Origin: an uncultured Gammaproteobacteria bacterium
GTDB lineage: Bacteria; Patescibacteriota; Patescibacteriia; Patescibacteriales; UBA12465
Assembly: GCA_964616855.1 (NCBI GenBank)
Contig: CAZTUJ010000005.1
Location: forward strand, 1-53,436
Direction of reading: 5' to 3'
Length of the DNA: 53,436 bases
The notes beneath the pieces are model-generated. The model was given only the letters and a program-made list of their open reading frames with translations, had not been told where the DNA came from and made no database searches. The translations under genes were made by a program, and so were the position numbers. Below are positions 20,195 through 29,700 of the stretch, piece after piece (the first letter of the stretch is position 1; every line of letters begins with the position of its first letter).

Positions 20195-20764
20195 ATGTTT
20201 AAGAAATTCTTAATTTTAGCTTGGGAAGGGGTAAAAGTGGTGGTTATTTCTTTTGCCATTATTATTCCGGTTAGGTACTTTTTGATTCAGCCCTTTTATG
20301 TTAAGGGTATGTCCATGGAATCAACTTTTCATGATCATGAGTATCTGATTATTGATGAAATTAGTTATCGCTTTCGTCCGATTGAACGCGGTGAAGTCGT
20401 AGTTTTCCGTTATCCCCTTAATCCCCAGGAATATTATATTAAACGGATTATTGGTCTACCCGGTGAAGGGGTGCAAGTTAAAGATTCGCGGGTAATTATT
20501 TATAACGAAGAATATCCCGGTGGCTTGATTTTGCCCGAGCGTTATTTGGATGACGGCACTCCTACCTACTCTAACAGTGACGATAAGTTGACTTTAGGTG
20601 AAGATGAATATTTTGTTATGGGTGATAACCGCACTGCCTCTAAAGATTCTCGTACTTTTGGTGGCGTCAACAAAAGCTTTATTACTGGTCGTGTGCTCTT
20701 GCGTGGTTGGCCCTTTAGTCGCGCCACTATCTTCAATGACCCGGTTGATTATTCCCAACAATAA
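20195..20764 (+). CDS. lepB: signal peptidase I
   Basis: Single N-terminal TM, catalytic Ser in GMSME, YIKRIIGLPG and GDNR..S.DSR. Confidence 0.95.
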   Translation: MFKKFLILAWEGVKVVVISFAIIIPVRYFLIQPFYVKGMSMESTFHDHEYLIIDEISYRFRPIERGEVVVFRYPLNPQEYYIKRIIGLPGEGVQVKDSRVIIYNEEYPGGLILPERYLDDGTPTYSNSDDKLTLGEDEYFVMGDNRTASKDSRTFGGVNKSFITGRVLLRGWPFSRATIFNDPVDYSQQ

Positions 20765-20819
20765 TTTGGTTTTCTAAATAGTTCTGGTAATTGTTAGTGT
20801 TTTATTGTCTTCTAAACTT

Positions 20820-22178
20820 ATGCCTAGAAAAAAAATGCCTGCAAAACATAATCCTGCTTTTAAGAAACCGGTAGAAAAGAGAAGTGCCAAAGCGATTGAT
20901 CGTCTTTTGGGTATGAAAGATATTGTTCCCGGCGAGTTTCGTTATCTTAGCACCGTGATTAATAAAGCCGCTTCTTTAGCTGAACTCTATAGCTTTAATG
21001 CTATTAAGACGCCTATAATTGAGAATGCGGAATTATATAAGAAAGCGACTCGTCACAATAATGATAAGGAACTATATAGCTTAGATTGTGAAAAGGGAGA
21101 AAATGGGGTTTTACGTCCGGAATTAACCCAAGGCATTGTCCGCACTTATATTGAAAATAATTTTTCAGAATTACCCCAACCCGTGCGCCTTTATTCCATT
21201 GGACCGGTTTTTCGTCGAGAAAAAATGCAGACCGGGCGTTATCGGGAATCAACTCAATTTAATTTGGAAATAATTGGCGAAAACAAACCGATGGCTGAAG
21301 CTTTACTAATTGCCGCCGCTTATAATTTCTTTCAAGATTTACAAACAAAATTTCAAATTCAAATCAATAGCTTGGGTAAGGCGGATTGCCGCAAAGAATA
21401 TAGCACTAAACTGAATAATTTTTATAAAGAACGTGGTCGCCGCTCCAAGCTGTGCAACAACTGCAAAAAGTATTTAGGGAAGAATATGTTGGCTTTATTA
21501 GATTGCAAGGAAGAAGCTTGCCAGCAGCTATTGAGTGAAGCCCCCCAAATCGCCGATTGTTTATCTGATGAAAGCCGTGAGCACTTTGCCAAGGTGTTAG
21601 AATATTTAGATGAATTAAATATTTCCTATAACTTCAATCCTTATTTAGTGCGGGGTTTAAGTTATTATAACGATACTGTTTTTGAATTTTGGCCAGTCAA
21701 TGATGAAGGCGTTGCTCAGAGTAAGTTAGCCTTAGCTGGCGGCGGTCGTTATGATAATTTAGTAGAGAGTCTAGGCGGTCGCCCTACCCCCTCCGTCGGT
21801 CTTGCAATCGGCTTAGAAAGATTAGTAGCTAAAATTAAAGATAAGTTAGTTTTGCCTGATTTTAAGGAAGAAGCTATCTTCTTAGCTCAATTAGGTGATC
21901 AAGCCAAGATTAAGTCTCTGATTTTATTTGAAGAATTACGTCGTGCCGGCTTTAACGTTCGCCAATCTTTCTCCACCGATAGTTTGAAAAATCAAATGGA
22001 AGAAGCGGGTAATTTAAAAGCCAAGATCAGCTTGATTCTGGGCAAGAAAGAAGTGATGGACGAAACTATCCTTTTAAGGGACATGGAATCAGGCGTGCAA
22101 GAAACAGTTGCCTTTAAGAAAATTAAAGATAGATTAGAAAAAAAAGTAAATAGAAAGGAAGGTGTAATTTATGGCTGA
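20820..22178 (+). CDS. hisS: histidyl-tRNA synthetase or divergent HisRS paralog
   Basis: LRPELT, motif 2 FRREKMQTGRYRE, VRGLSYY, GGGRYD, GLER and a C-terminal anticodon-binding domain; several consensus residues are altered. Confidence 0.85.
   Translation: MPRKKMPAKHNPAFKKPVEKRSAKAIDRLLGMKDIVPGEFRYLSTVINKAASLAELYSFNAIKTPIIENAELYKKATRHNNDKELYSLDCEKGENGVLRPELTQGIVRTYIENNFSELPQPVRLYSIGPVFRREKMQTGRYRESTQFNLEIIGENKPMAEALLIAAAYNFFQDLQTKFQIQINSLGKADCRKEYSTKLNNFYKERGRRSKLCNNCKKYLGKNMLALLDCKEEACQQLLSEAPQIADCLSDESREHFAKVLEYLDELNISYNFNPYLVRGLSYYNDTVFEFWPVNDEGVAQSKLALAGGGRYDNLVESLGGRPTPSVGLAIGLERLVAKIKDKLVLPDFKEEAIFLAQLGDQAKIKSLILFEELRRAGFNVRQSFSTDSLKNQMEEAGNLKAKISLILGKKEVMDETILLRDMESGVQETVAFKKIKDRLEKKVNRKEGVIYG
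22151..22164 (+). promoter_or_regulatory. extended Shine-Dalgarno-like element of rpsU
   Basis: TAGAAAGGAAGGTG, ending 6 nt before the ATG at 22171. Confidence 0.65.
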
Positions 22179-22401
22179 TTTTAAAAGAAAACCAGGTGAA
22201 AGTTTTGAAAGTTTTTTGCGTAAATTCAAGAAAGGATTAAAAAACAGCAAAAGACTCGATAAAGCTCGCTCTAAACAACATTTAGAACCTAAGAAAACCA
22301 AGCGACAACAGAAAAAGTATGCTTTAACCAGCATGGAAATGCAACGCAAGAAAGAATATTTGCGCAAGACCGGTAAATTGGAAGAGACTCAAAATCGCTA
22401 A
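22171..22401 (+). CDS. rpsU: 30S ribosomal protein S21
   Basis: Small, very basic protein with GESFESFLRKFKK, matching the bS21 N-terminal pattern. Confidence 0.85.
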   Translation: MADFKRKPGESFESFLRKFKKGLKNSKRLDKARSKQHLEPKKTKRQQKKYALTSMEMQRKKEYLRKTGKLEETQNR

Positions 22402-22413
22402 AAGATATCTTAC

Positions 22414-22445
22414 AAAAACCGCCGCGGAATACGCGGCGGTTTTTT
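22414..22445. terminator. bidirectional terminator between rpsU and the RelA/SpoT gene
   Basis: A5-CCGCCGCG-GAATA-CGCGGCGG-T6. Confidence 0.85.
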
Positions 22446-22449
22446 GATT

Positions 22450-23910
22450 TTATGACTTCATACCTGGAATAAAGCGTTTGATGTTTTCTAGTGGTCCTTT
22501 TTTGGCAAATTGTCTGATACGGTCGCGCGCTCTTTTGGTTTTGGCAAATTTTAACCAGTCACGGTTAGGGTGTTGTCGCCCCTTTTCGGTGATAATTTCT
22601 ACTAAGTCACCATTCTTTAGCTCTTGGTCAAGTTTTGCTAAGCGATCATTGATAATCGCACCAGTTGCTTGGTTGCCGATGTTGGTATGAACTGCGTAAG
22701 CAAAGTCAATCGGCGTCGATTGTTCTGGCAACTCAAAGACGTCACCTTTGGGGGAAAAGACGAAGATACGATCGTTAAAAATATCAAGTTTAATATTTTT
22801 AATTAATTCGTTGGTGTCCGATATTTCTTTTTGGATGTCAATTATTTCTTTTACCCAATGGGGTTGCATGCCTCCTTGATGCTTAGATTTATAATACCAA
22901 TGAGCCGCTAGACCATAGAGAGACTCTTCATGCATTTCTTGGGTGCGGATTTGAAATTCGACAGCCTTACCTTCCGGCCCAAAGATAGTGGTATGCAGAG
23001 AACGGTAGCCATTGGGCTTGGGGACGGCGATATAATCTTTAAAACGATTAGGTTTTGGCCGCCAGAGAGTATGGATAACACCCAGGGCTTTATAGCAATC
23101 ATCGATTGCTGGGACAATTAATCTCAGGGCAAAAACATCATAAATTTCGTCAAATTTTCTGTCTTTGCGCTGCATTTTTTGGTAAATACTGTAAAGATGT
23201 TTAAAGCGGACTTCAATATCATACTTTAAGTCAACTTCGGCTAAGCGCGGCATTAATTCTTTTTTTATTTTTTGGAAATATTGGTTTCTCTCAGCTTTTT
23301 TTTCGACTTCGTATTCTTGTTCCAGCTCTTGAAATTTTTCTGGATAGAGATATTTGAAGCAGAGATCTTCGAGCTGCCACTTGAGGCGCCAAATTCCAAG
23401 CATGCCGGCAATGGGGGCATATATTTCTAAAGTTTCCTCAGCAATACGCTTCTGTTTAACCGGCGGTAATCCTTCTAAGGTCCTTAGATTGTGCAGGCGG
23501 TCGCAGAATTTAATGAAAATAACCCGGATATCGGCGGCCATCGCTAAAAACATCTTTTTTAAATTTTCCCGATACCGTTCAATGCCACGATATTTGATTT
23601 TTCCAAGCTTAGTGATGCCGGCTACTAAGGTAGCGACTTCTTCGCCGAAGTTTTTTTCCACGTCTTCTAAGGTGCGGTCAGTATCTTCGGGGACGTCATG
23701 AATTAAGCCGGCGATTATCGTGGGTAAATCGGCTTTAATTTCGGCCAACAAAAAAGCGGTATGAAGAGGATGCTGGATGTATTCTTCTCCGGTTTTACGG
23801 ACTTGGCCAGCGTGCGCTTCGGCCGCAAAATCGTAAGCTAAACGTAACATCGTCGGATCTTCGCCCGGATGATTTTCTTGGAACTTTTTAATAATGCGAT
23901 CGATGGTCAT
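22450..23910 (-). CDS. RelA/SpoT homolog ((p)ppGpp hydrolase/synthetase plus TGS; no ACT domain)
   Basis: HD motif IHDVPEDT, DRLHNLRT, YRSLHT, EFQIRT and TGS TPIDFAYAVHT; 486 aa. Confidence 0.95.
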   Translation of the reverse strand: MTIDRIIKKFQENHPGEDPTMLRLAYDFAAEAHAGQVRKTGEEYIQHPLHTAFLLAEIKADLPTIIAGLIHDVPEDTDRTLEDVEKNFGEEVATLVAGITKLGKIKYRGIERYRENLKKMFLAMAADIRVIFIKFCDRLHNLRTLEGLPPVKQKRIAEETLEIYAPIAGMLGIWRLKWQLEDLCFKYLYPEKFQELEQEYEVEKKAERNQYFQKIKKELMPRLAEVDLKYDIEVRFKHLYSIYQKMQRKDRKFDEIYDVFALRLIVPAIDDCYKALGVIHTLWRPKPNRFKDYIAVPKPNGYRSLHTTIFGPEGKAVEFQIRTQEMHEESLYGLAAHWYYKSKHQGGMQPHWVKEIIDIQKEISDTNELIKNIKLDIFNDRIFVFSPKGDVFELPEQSTPIDFAYAVHTNIGNQATGAIINDRLAKLDQELKNGDLVEIITEKGRQHPNRDWLKFAKTKRARDRIRQFAKKGPLENIKRFIPGMKS

Positions 23911-24000
23911 GGCGTTTTCAAGTTTACGTCTTTATGTTATAATAGGCTTAACTGCTTAGCGTTTAAATTATATCATGCTTTGCGGTTCAATTAAAATAAA

Positions 24001-26676
24001 ATGCGTCGCAGATTTTTTTCTTTTTTATTATTTCTCGCGCTTATCAGCGCCGGTCTTAGCCTGGCTAATTTTGCTTTTGCCCAGAACATTGATGTGGGAA
24101 TAAACGAGATTAGCGACACTATTGCTTTAAGTGCTACTGACCCCCGCGTTATCATCGCCAGAATAATTAACATCACTTTACTCTTTTTGGGAGTAATAGC
24201 TGTTGGCTTAATAGTATATGCTGGTTTTCTTTGGATGACCAGCGGTGGCAGTGAAGACAAGATTGATGATGCCAAGAAGATTTTAAGGAATGCCATTATT
24301 GGACTAGCTATTATTTTATCTTCTTGGGGGATTGCCTCTTTTATCCTTAGTCGTCTGATGCAAGCAACTGGTGTGGGTGGTATTTTTGGTGGAGATGAAA
24401 ATAATTCTGCTCTGGTTGGTACCGGTGCTATTGGTGCCTGTACGGTGGAGAGAGTGTACCCGGAGAACGGTCAAAGTGCGGTTGCTCGTAACACCTCTAT
24501 CATTGTTTCTTTTAAAGAGCCTTTAAATTTAGAGAGCGTTTGTCAAAATGAAGCCGGTGATACTTGTTCCTGTAACCAAGATACCTGTCGTTTAATCAAT
24601 CCAGAGAATATTCGTATTTTCCGACAGGATTTGGGCGACAACTGCGGCGCTAATAGCTGTCCAGATGATAATACTAACGTTAGCCGCGCCTATGTGCACG
24701 CCTCCAGTGATCGTTTGACTTTTATTATTACGCCTTTAGATTTCTTAGGTAATCCTGATGGCAATACTGACTATAGTGTTAAGCTAACGAGCGGTCTTAG
24801 GAAGGATGGCGGTGATTCTATTTTTAAAACTTGTCAGAGTGATTTCTTGCAGTGGGGCTTCGAAGTGAGCAACAATGTTGACTTAACCCCGCCCCAGGTG
24901 ATAAAGGGTGGAATTTTCCCTTTGCCTGATAATGAAGAAGATATTTTTGCCTCTACGCAGGCGGCGGTGGCCGCAGCCGCTTCTATTCAAGTCGAAACCT
25001 GCCCTAATATTTATCAGCCGGCGGTAGTTTTGGGGGTTACACCCACAGCCGGCAATCAAAACGGCAGCGCTACTATCGACTCTAATTATCATAGTCATTT
25101 TTCTTCACTTTCTGTAGTTACTACTGTTAATAATGCACAAGCGCAGCTTTTCGCAGGACAGTCTTTATTGGGAGTGGCTGATTGGTCAGGCAATCAGATA
25201 AATTTTCCTGGATTTTTTCAATTACAAGTTGATGGTCATGAAGCCGGTAATTCTTGGAACGTAGCCATTACTCCCGAGGTGCTAGCCGATAATTTAACGG
25301 TTAGCGGCGAGCTTTACACCTTTGCGGCAACGGGTAACGGTAATAATATTTTAGTTGCTCCCGGTAATTGCGATGTGAACGCGGTGGCCACTTCTATCTA
25401 TGCTAAGTTAAGCGGCCATCCTGACGTGAATGTTGACAAGAATGCTGCTCATATTACTTTAACGGCCAAAGTGGCTGGCTCCGCTGGTAATAATCTTCGC
25501 CTTGCCACCAATAATGTTACCGCCTTATCCTTACAGCCTTTTAGCGGCGGCCAAGATCGAACCTCTTCAAGCGAGGTTAAAGATAAGCATGACCGGCCGA
25601 TGAATTCGGTTATTCAATTGAATTTTAACGAAGCCGTTAATCCTTTACTGGTATCGGGATTGGCGAGCGATGTTAGTTCCTATATTAGAATTATTAATGC
25701 TGAGGCGGCTGCTCCCGCTGGAGGGGTGTGCACTCAAAATAGTGACTGCGTTTCTTATAAGTGTGAAAACAATGTTTGCGTTGGCGATTATTTGGCTGGC
25801 AAATTCATGATTGCTAATGCTTATAAAACCGTAGAATTTATTTCTGATGTTGAATGTGGCCAGAACGGCTGCGGCGAAAAGATTTATTGTTTGCCCGCCA
25901 ACAGTCATTTGGCGGTAGAATTAGTCTCCGCTAATTTAAAGACCTGCGCTTCTGATAATGACTGCGCTAATTTCCAGCCTTTTTCCCATTGTGCCCCCTT
26001 TGCTAATTATCAGACCTGTCAGGACGGGAATGGTAAGAACTATCCGGTTTCCAACATTGAGCAATTAGATGGTGTCGTTGATGCTTCTCTTAATTCTTTG
26101 GATGGTAATCGGGATATTTTTGCTGATGGCCCCTTGGCTTTTTATAACGAAAACGATTCTAACAATTTAACTTTAAAGGATAAGTATAAATGGTCTTTCT
26201 ATATCAATGATCAGATTATGTCTGAGCCGCCCCAGATATCTTTTATTCAGCCAGATAATAATAGCTTAGGAGTTGATACTAAAGAGGCGGTAAAGATTAA
26301 CTTTAATACCTTGATGATGAATAGCAGTTTGCGCACTGGTAGCGTGATTGTTAATAATGGTCAGGAAGATATTGAACATCATTTGCTTAATATTTTTAGC
26401 TCCTCCCCCTCTCCCTTAGGTTATTGGGTGACAGCTGATAATCGTGACGTTTCTCCTTTAGATGGTGAACCTGACCTTACTTTTGCCTCTTTAAACCACA
26501 CCGAATTAGCTGCCTCCGTTAGCTATAAGACTCAAGTTGGTTCCGGTGTTAAAGACATCTATCAAAATTGTTATAAGCCTAGCGCTGGCCCTAATTGTGC
26601 CGCTGATATTTCTAATCCTTCCTGTTGCTACGGCACGGCCACTAATTTACTGGGCTTAGATGGTAATTGTCAATAA
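24001..26676 (+). CDS. VirB2/TrbC-like pilin fused to Ig-like and Cys-rich extracellular domains
   Basis: Signal peptide, pilin hairpin (IVYAGFLWMTSGG.EDKI..AKK.L.NAIIGLAII), Big_5-like repeats (VYPENG...RNTSIIVSFKEP; IKINF-type segments) and many Cys. Confidence 0.85.
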   Translation: MRRRFFSFLLFLALISAGLSLANFAFAQNIDVGINEISDTIALSATDPRVIIARIINITLLFLGVIAVGLIVYAGFLWMTSGGSEDKIDDAKKILRNAIIGLAIILSSWGIASFILSRLMQATGVGGIFGGDENNSALVGTGAIGACTVERVYPENGQSAVARNTSIIVSFKEPLNLESVCQNEAGDTCSCNQDTCRLINPENIRIFRQDLGDNCGANSCPDDNTNVSRAYVHASSDRLTFIITPLDFLGNPDGNTDYSVKLTSGLRKDGGDSIFKTCQSDFLQWGFEVSNNVDLTPPQVIKGGIFPLPDNEEDIFASTQAAVAAAASIQVETCPNIYQPAVVLGVTPTAGNQNGSATIDSNYHSHFSSLSVVTTVNNAQAQLFAGQSLLGVADWSGNQINFPGFFQLQVDGHEAGNSWNVAITPEVLADNLTVSGELYTFAATGNGNNILVAPGNCDVNAVATSIYAKLSGHPDVNVDKNAAHITLTAKVAGSAGNNLRLATNNVTALSLQPFSGGQDRTSSSEVKDKHDRPMNSVIQLNFNEAVNPLLVSGLASDVSSYIRIINAEAAAPAGGVCTQNSDCVSYKCENNVCVGDYLAGKFMIANAYKTVEFISDVECGQNGCGEKIYCLPANSHLAVELVSANLKTCASDNDCANFQPFSHCAPFANYQTCQDGNGKNYPVSNIEQLDGVVDASLNSLDGNRDIFADGPLAFYNENDSNNLTLKDKYKWSFYINDQIMSEPPQISFIQPDNNSLGVDTKEAVKINFNTLMMNSSLRTGSVIVNNGQEDIEHHLLNIFSSSPSPLGYWVTADNRDVSPLDGEPDLTFASLNHTELAASVSYKTQVGSGVKDIYQNCYKPSAGPNCAADISNPSCCYGTATNLLGLDGNCQ

Positions 26677-26769
26677 AAATCTTAAGTCATCAAGTTATTT
26701 AGCGATAAGGTTTAGGGTAATTAATATTTTTATCCTTTAATAGCTTTACGCTTAATAATTATTTCCTTT

Positions 26770-29700
26770 GTGTTTAAAAATAAAAAAGCCATTATTCGTT
26801 TATTTGCGCTTTTCTTCTTGATTGGTGCTAGTCTTGCGTTTGCGCAGTTGGCAGGCGCTCAAATTGACGTCGGGACTAACGAAATCAGCAATGATATTGT
26901 TTTAAGCGCGAATGATCCCCGGACAATAGCGGCCCGCATCATTAATGTGGTGATGTTGATTTTGGGTGTATTAGCGGTTGGCTTGGTTGTTTATGCGGGT
27001 TTTCTCTGGATGACTTCCAACGGCGAGGAAGATAAGATTGATCAGGCTAAAAAAATCATGCGCAATGGTGTTATTGGTTTAGCGATTGTTCTATCAGCTT
27101 GGGGCATCGCTTCTTTTGTTTTAAGTCGTTTAATGGGGGCTACTAATGGTAACGGCTCCGGAAATTATTGTGTTAACGGTTCATCTAGTGCTTGTGGTTG
27201 TGGTGGTTCCATGATTTGTACCGATAATTCTTGGGGAAGCTGTATCGGTAGTGATTGTAGTAATGGTGGCGGACCCACTAGTTGCGACAGCGATCCTTTA
27301 CCCGGTTGTCAGGCCGTTGATCAGATTTGTGCCAGCGATAGTTACTGTGATAGCAGCACTTGTGCCTGTTTACCAAAAGGGGAATTGGGTGACTCCTGCG
27401 ATGCCGATGCTGTGAGTCCTACTTGTGAAGCGGACAACAATCTTTGCGCGGAATATTTAAGTTGCGATACGACTTCTTGTACTTGTTATGGACCGCCCGT
27501 AATTACGGAAATTAGTCCGGTAGGAGGTTTTTGCCAAGAGGATAGCAATAGAAGCTGTGACAGTGATGATGATTGTTCCATTGCTTGCGATTTAGCCACT
27601 CCTAATGGAGCTGTTGATAATATTATTACAATTTCAGGAAGTAATTTTGGAGCCTATGATCCTACTAATAGTAGAGTAATTTTTGGTGGTGATTTAGCGG
27701 GCGTAGAGCCCTCAGTATTAAATCCAGACTGTATTAATTCTTGGTCCAATAATCAAATCATTATTGCCGTCCCTTCTGGTGTTCTCACCGGTTCTGTCAG
27801 AGTGATTACGTCTGACAATCAAGCCGATACCACTAATGATGAAAATGGTCCGGTTTTACCTGATTTTGTTGCTAATAATATTGTTAGACCCGGCCTTTGT
27901 CTTCTCACCCCTGACGCTGGTTTATTAAGTGAGCAGGTAAATTATCGGGGGATTAATCTTTATTCGGGTGATGCTTATTTTGGTAATTATAGTAAGAACG
28001 TTCGAGGCTTAGACTCGGTTTTCGTTAATCCCGCCGGTTTAGCCGGTACTAGCACTATTCCGAATTTGAATCGCGGTAAAATGAGTAGTTTTGTTGTCGC
28101 CAGTGTGGCCGGTAACCAAGAAAAGAGTAACTATGTCAGTTTCGTTAAAGAAGAAGAGCCTGATGCCGGTCCCTTTATTAGTTATTTTGAGCCCGCTACT
28201 GGCCGCGCCGGTCAATATGTCACTATTCACGGCGGTGGTTTTGGTGGTGCCAGAGGCTCTTCTCAAGTGTATTTTGGCGATGTCGAGGCTGACTATGCCT
28301 TCCCTGAGGTTTGTGCAAATTCTGTTTGGCGGGATAAACAAATTATTGTAAAAGTGCCAGCCAATCTCAGCGACGGTAACTATGAAATTTCTGTTAAATT
28401 AGGAGAGACAGAAATTGATTCTCAGAATGCCAATCCTAACACTTTTGCTGCTAATGCTGCTATTTCTTTAAAGACTAGTATTTGTCGAGTTTCTCCGCAG
28501 CGGGGACAGATTGGTACCCCGGTTAGTATCTGGGGCGAATATTTTGGCGATAATGGTGGCGATGCTTTGTCAGTCTTCACCTATAATCGTTCCGTAAGCG
28601 GTGTTATTGCCCTTGATCAAGGGGCTCAGCGCTTAGACCCGCTGGTTCCAGAAAATGCCGTGACCGGCCCCTTGAAAGTTTTAAAAAATAATGAATGGGG
28701 CAACGATGTTAATTTTGAAATTGGTGCCTGTACCGCCAACAGTGATTGCGGTGGGGAAGTTTGTTGTCCGGCTAGTACTTATAAGCAGGGTCGCTGCGTT
28801 AATGCTTTAGCTGATTGTTACCTTGATATTCCTAATTCTGTTTTTGAGTGGGGATTTTCTACTGGTTTTGGTGGCGTCGCTACTACGACCACTTATGATA
28901 GTTGTCAGGGGATGGCTCAAACTTTGGGTGCTTGCCAAGTGGGAGCCTTTTGTCCTAATTCTCCTGGCCTTTGCTCTCCTTTTGGGGGAGGCACTCAGAT
29001 TTTAGGCTCTTGTGACTCTACTTGTGCCAGCAATCCGGCTTGCGCTTCTCAAGCAGCAGGTGCTTGTAGTTATGATTCTGAACTCGATGCCTGTGTGGCT
29101 AATAATGTTAATTGTTCGCTCTCTTCAACTCTTATTTATAATTTAAATGGCACGGAATTTAGTGCCATCCAGTCGTGCAAAGTTTTCCCTCAGTTTGGCA
29201 GTCAGACTCACTGGGAAATAAATACCGCCGCCTCTTGTCCTAACGGTTGGACAAGATTAGACGGCGGCCGTTGTGTGGATAGCGTTAGTAATACCACCTC
29301 AAGCTGTTCTTTATGCGCCTCCGGGTTTGATTGCGCTAGCATTAATAATACCGGTCGCTGCGTAACCGCAGAGTTATGCGGGGGTGAGGCTGACTGTAAT
29401 GGCAGTTCTTGTGTCGCTTCTGATTCCGCTCGTTGTGATTGTTGCTGTGAAATTGGTCAAGATGCTCGTGATTGTTGTGCTCCTTTAAGTTGTACCGGCA
29501 CCTGTGGCAGCGACTTATCTGATGATAACTCCGGCTTAGGTCAATGTTCAGGCTGCGCCATTGATAGCGATAATAATGGTTCCTTTTCTGTTGATGAACA
29601 GCTTTTGTCTGATCAAGCTTGTAATTGTAGCAGTCATTCTGGAAAATATTGTGATGTTTCTCAACCGACGGGAGCTTGTGTCGATTGCAGCCGTTTGACC

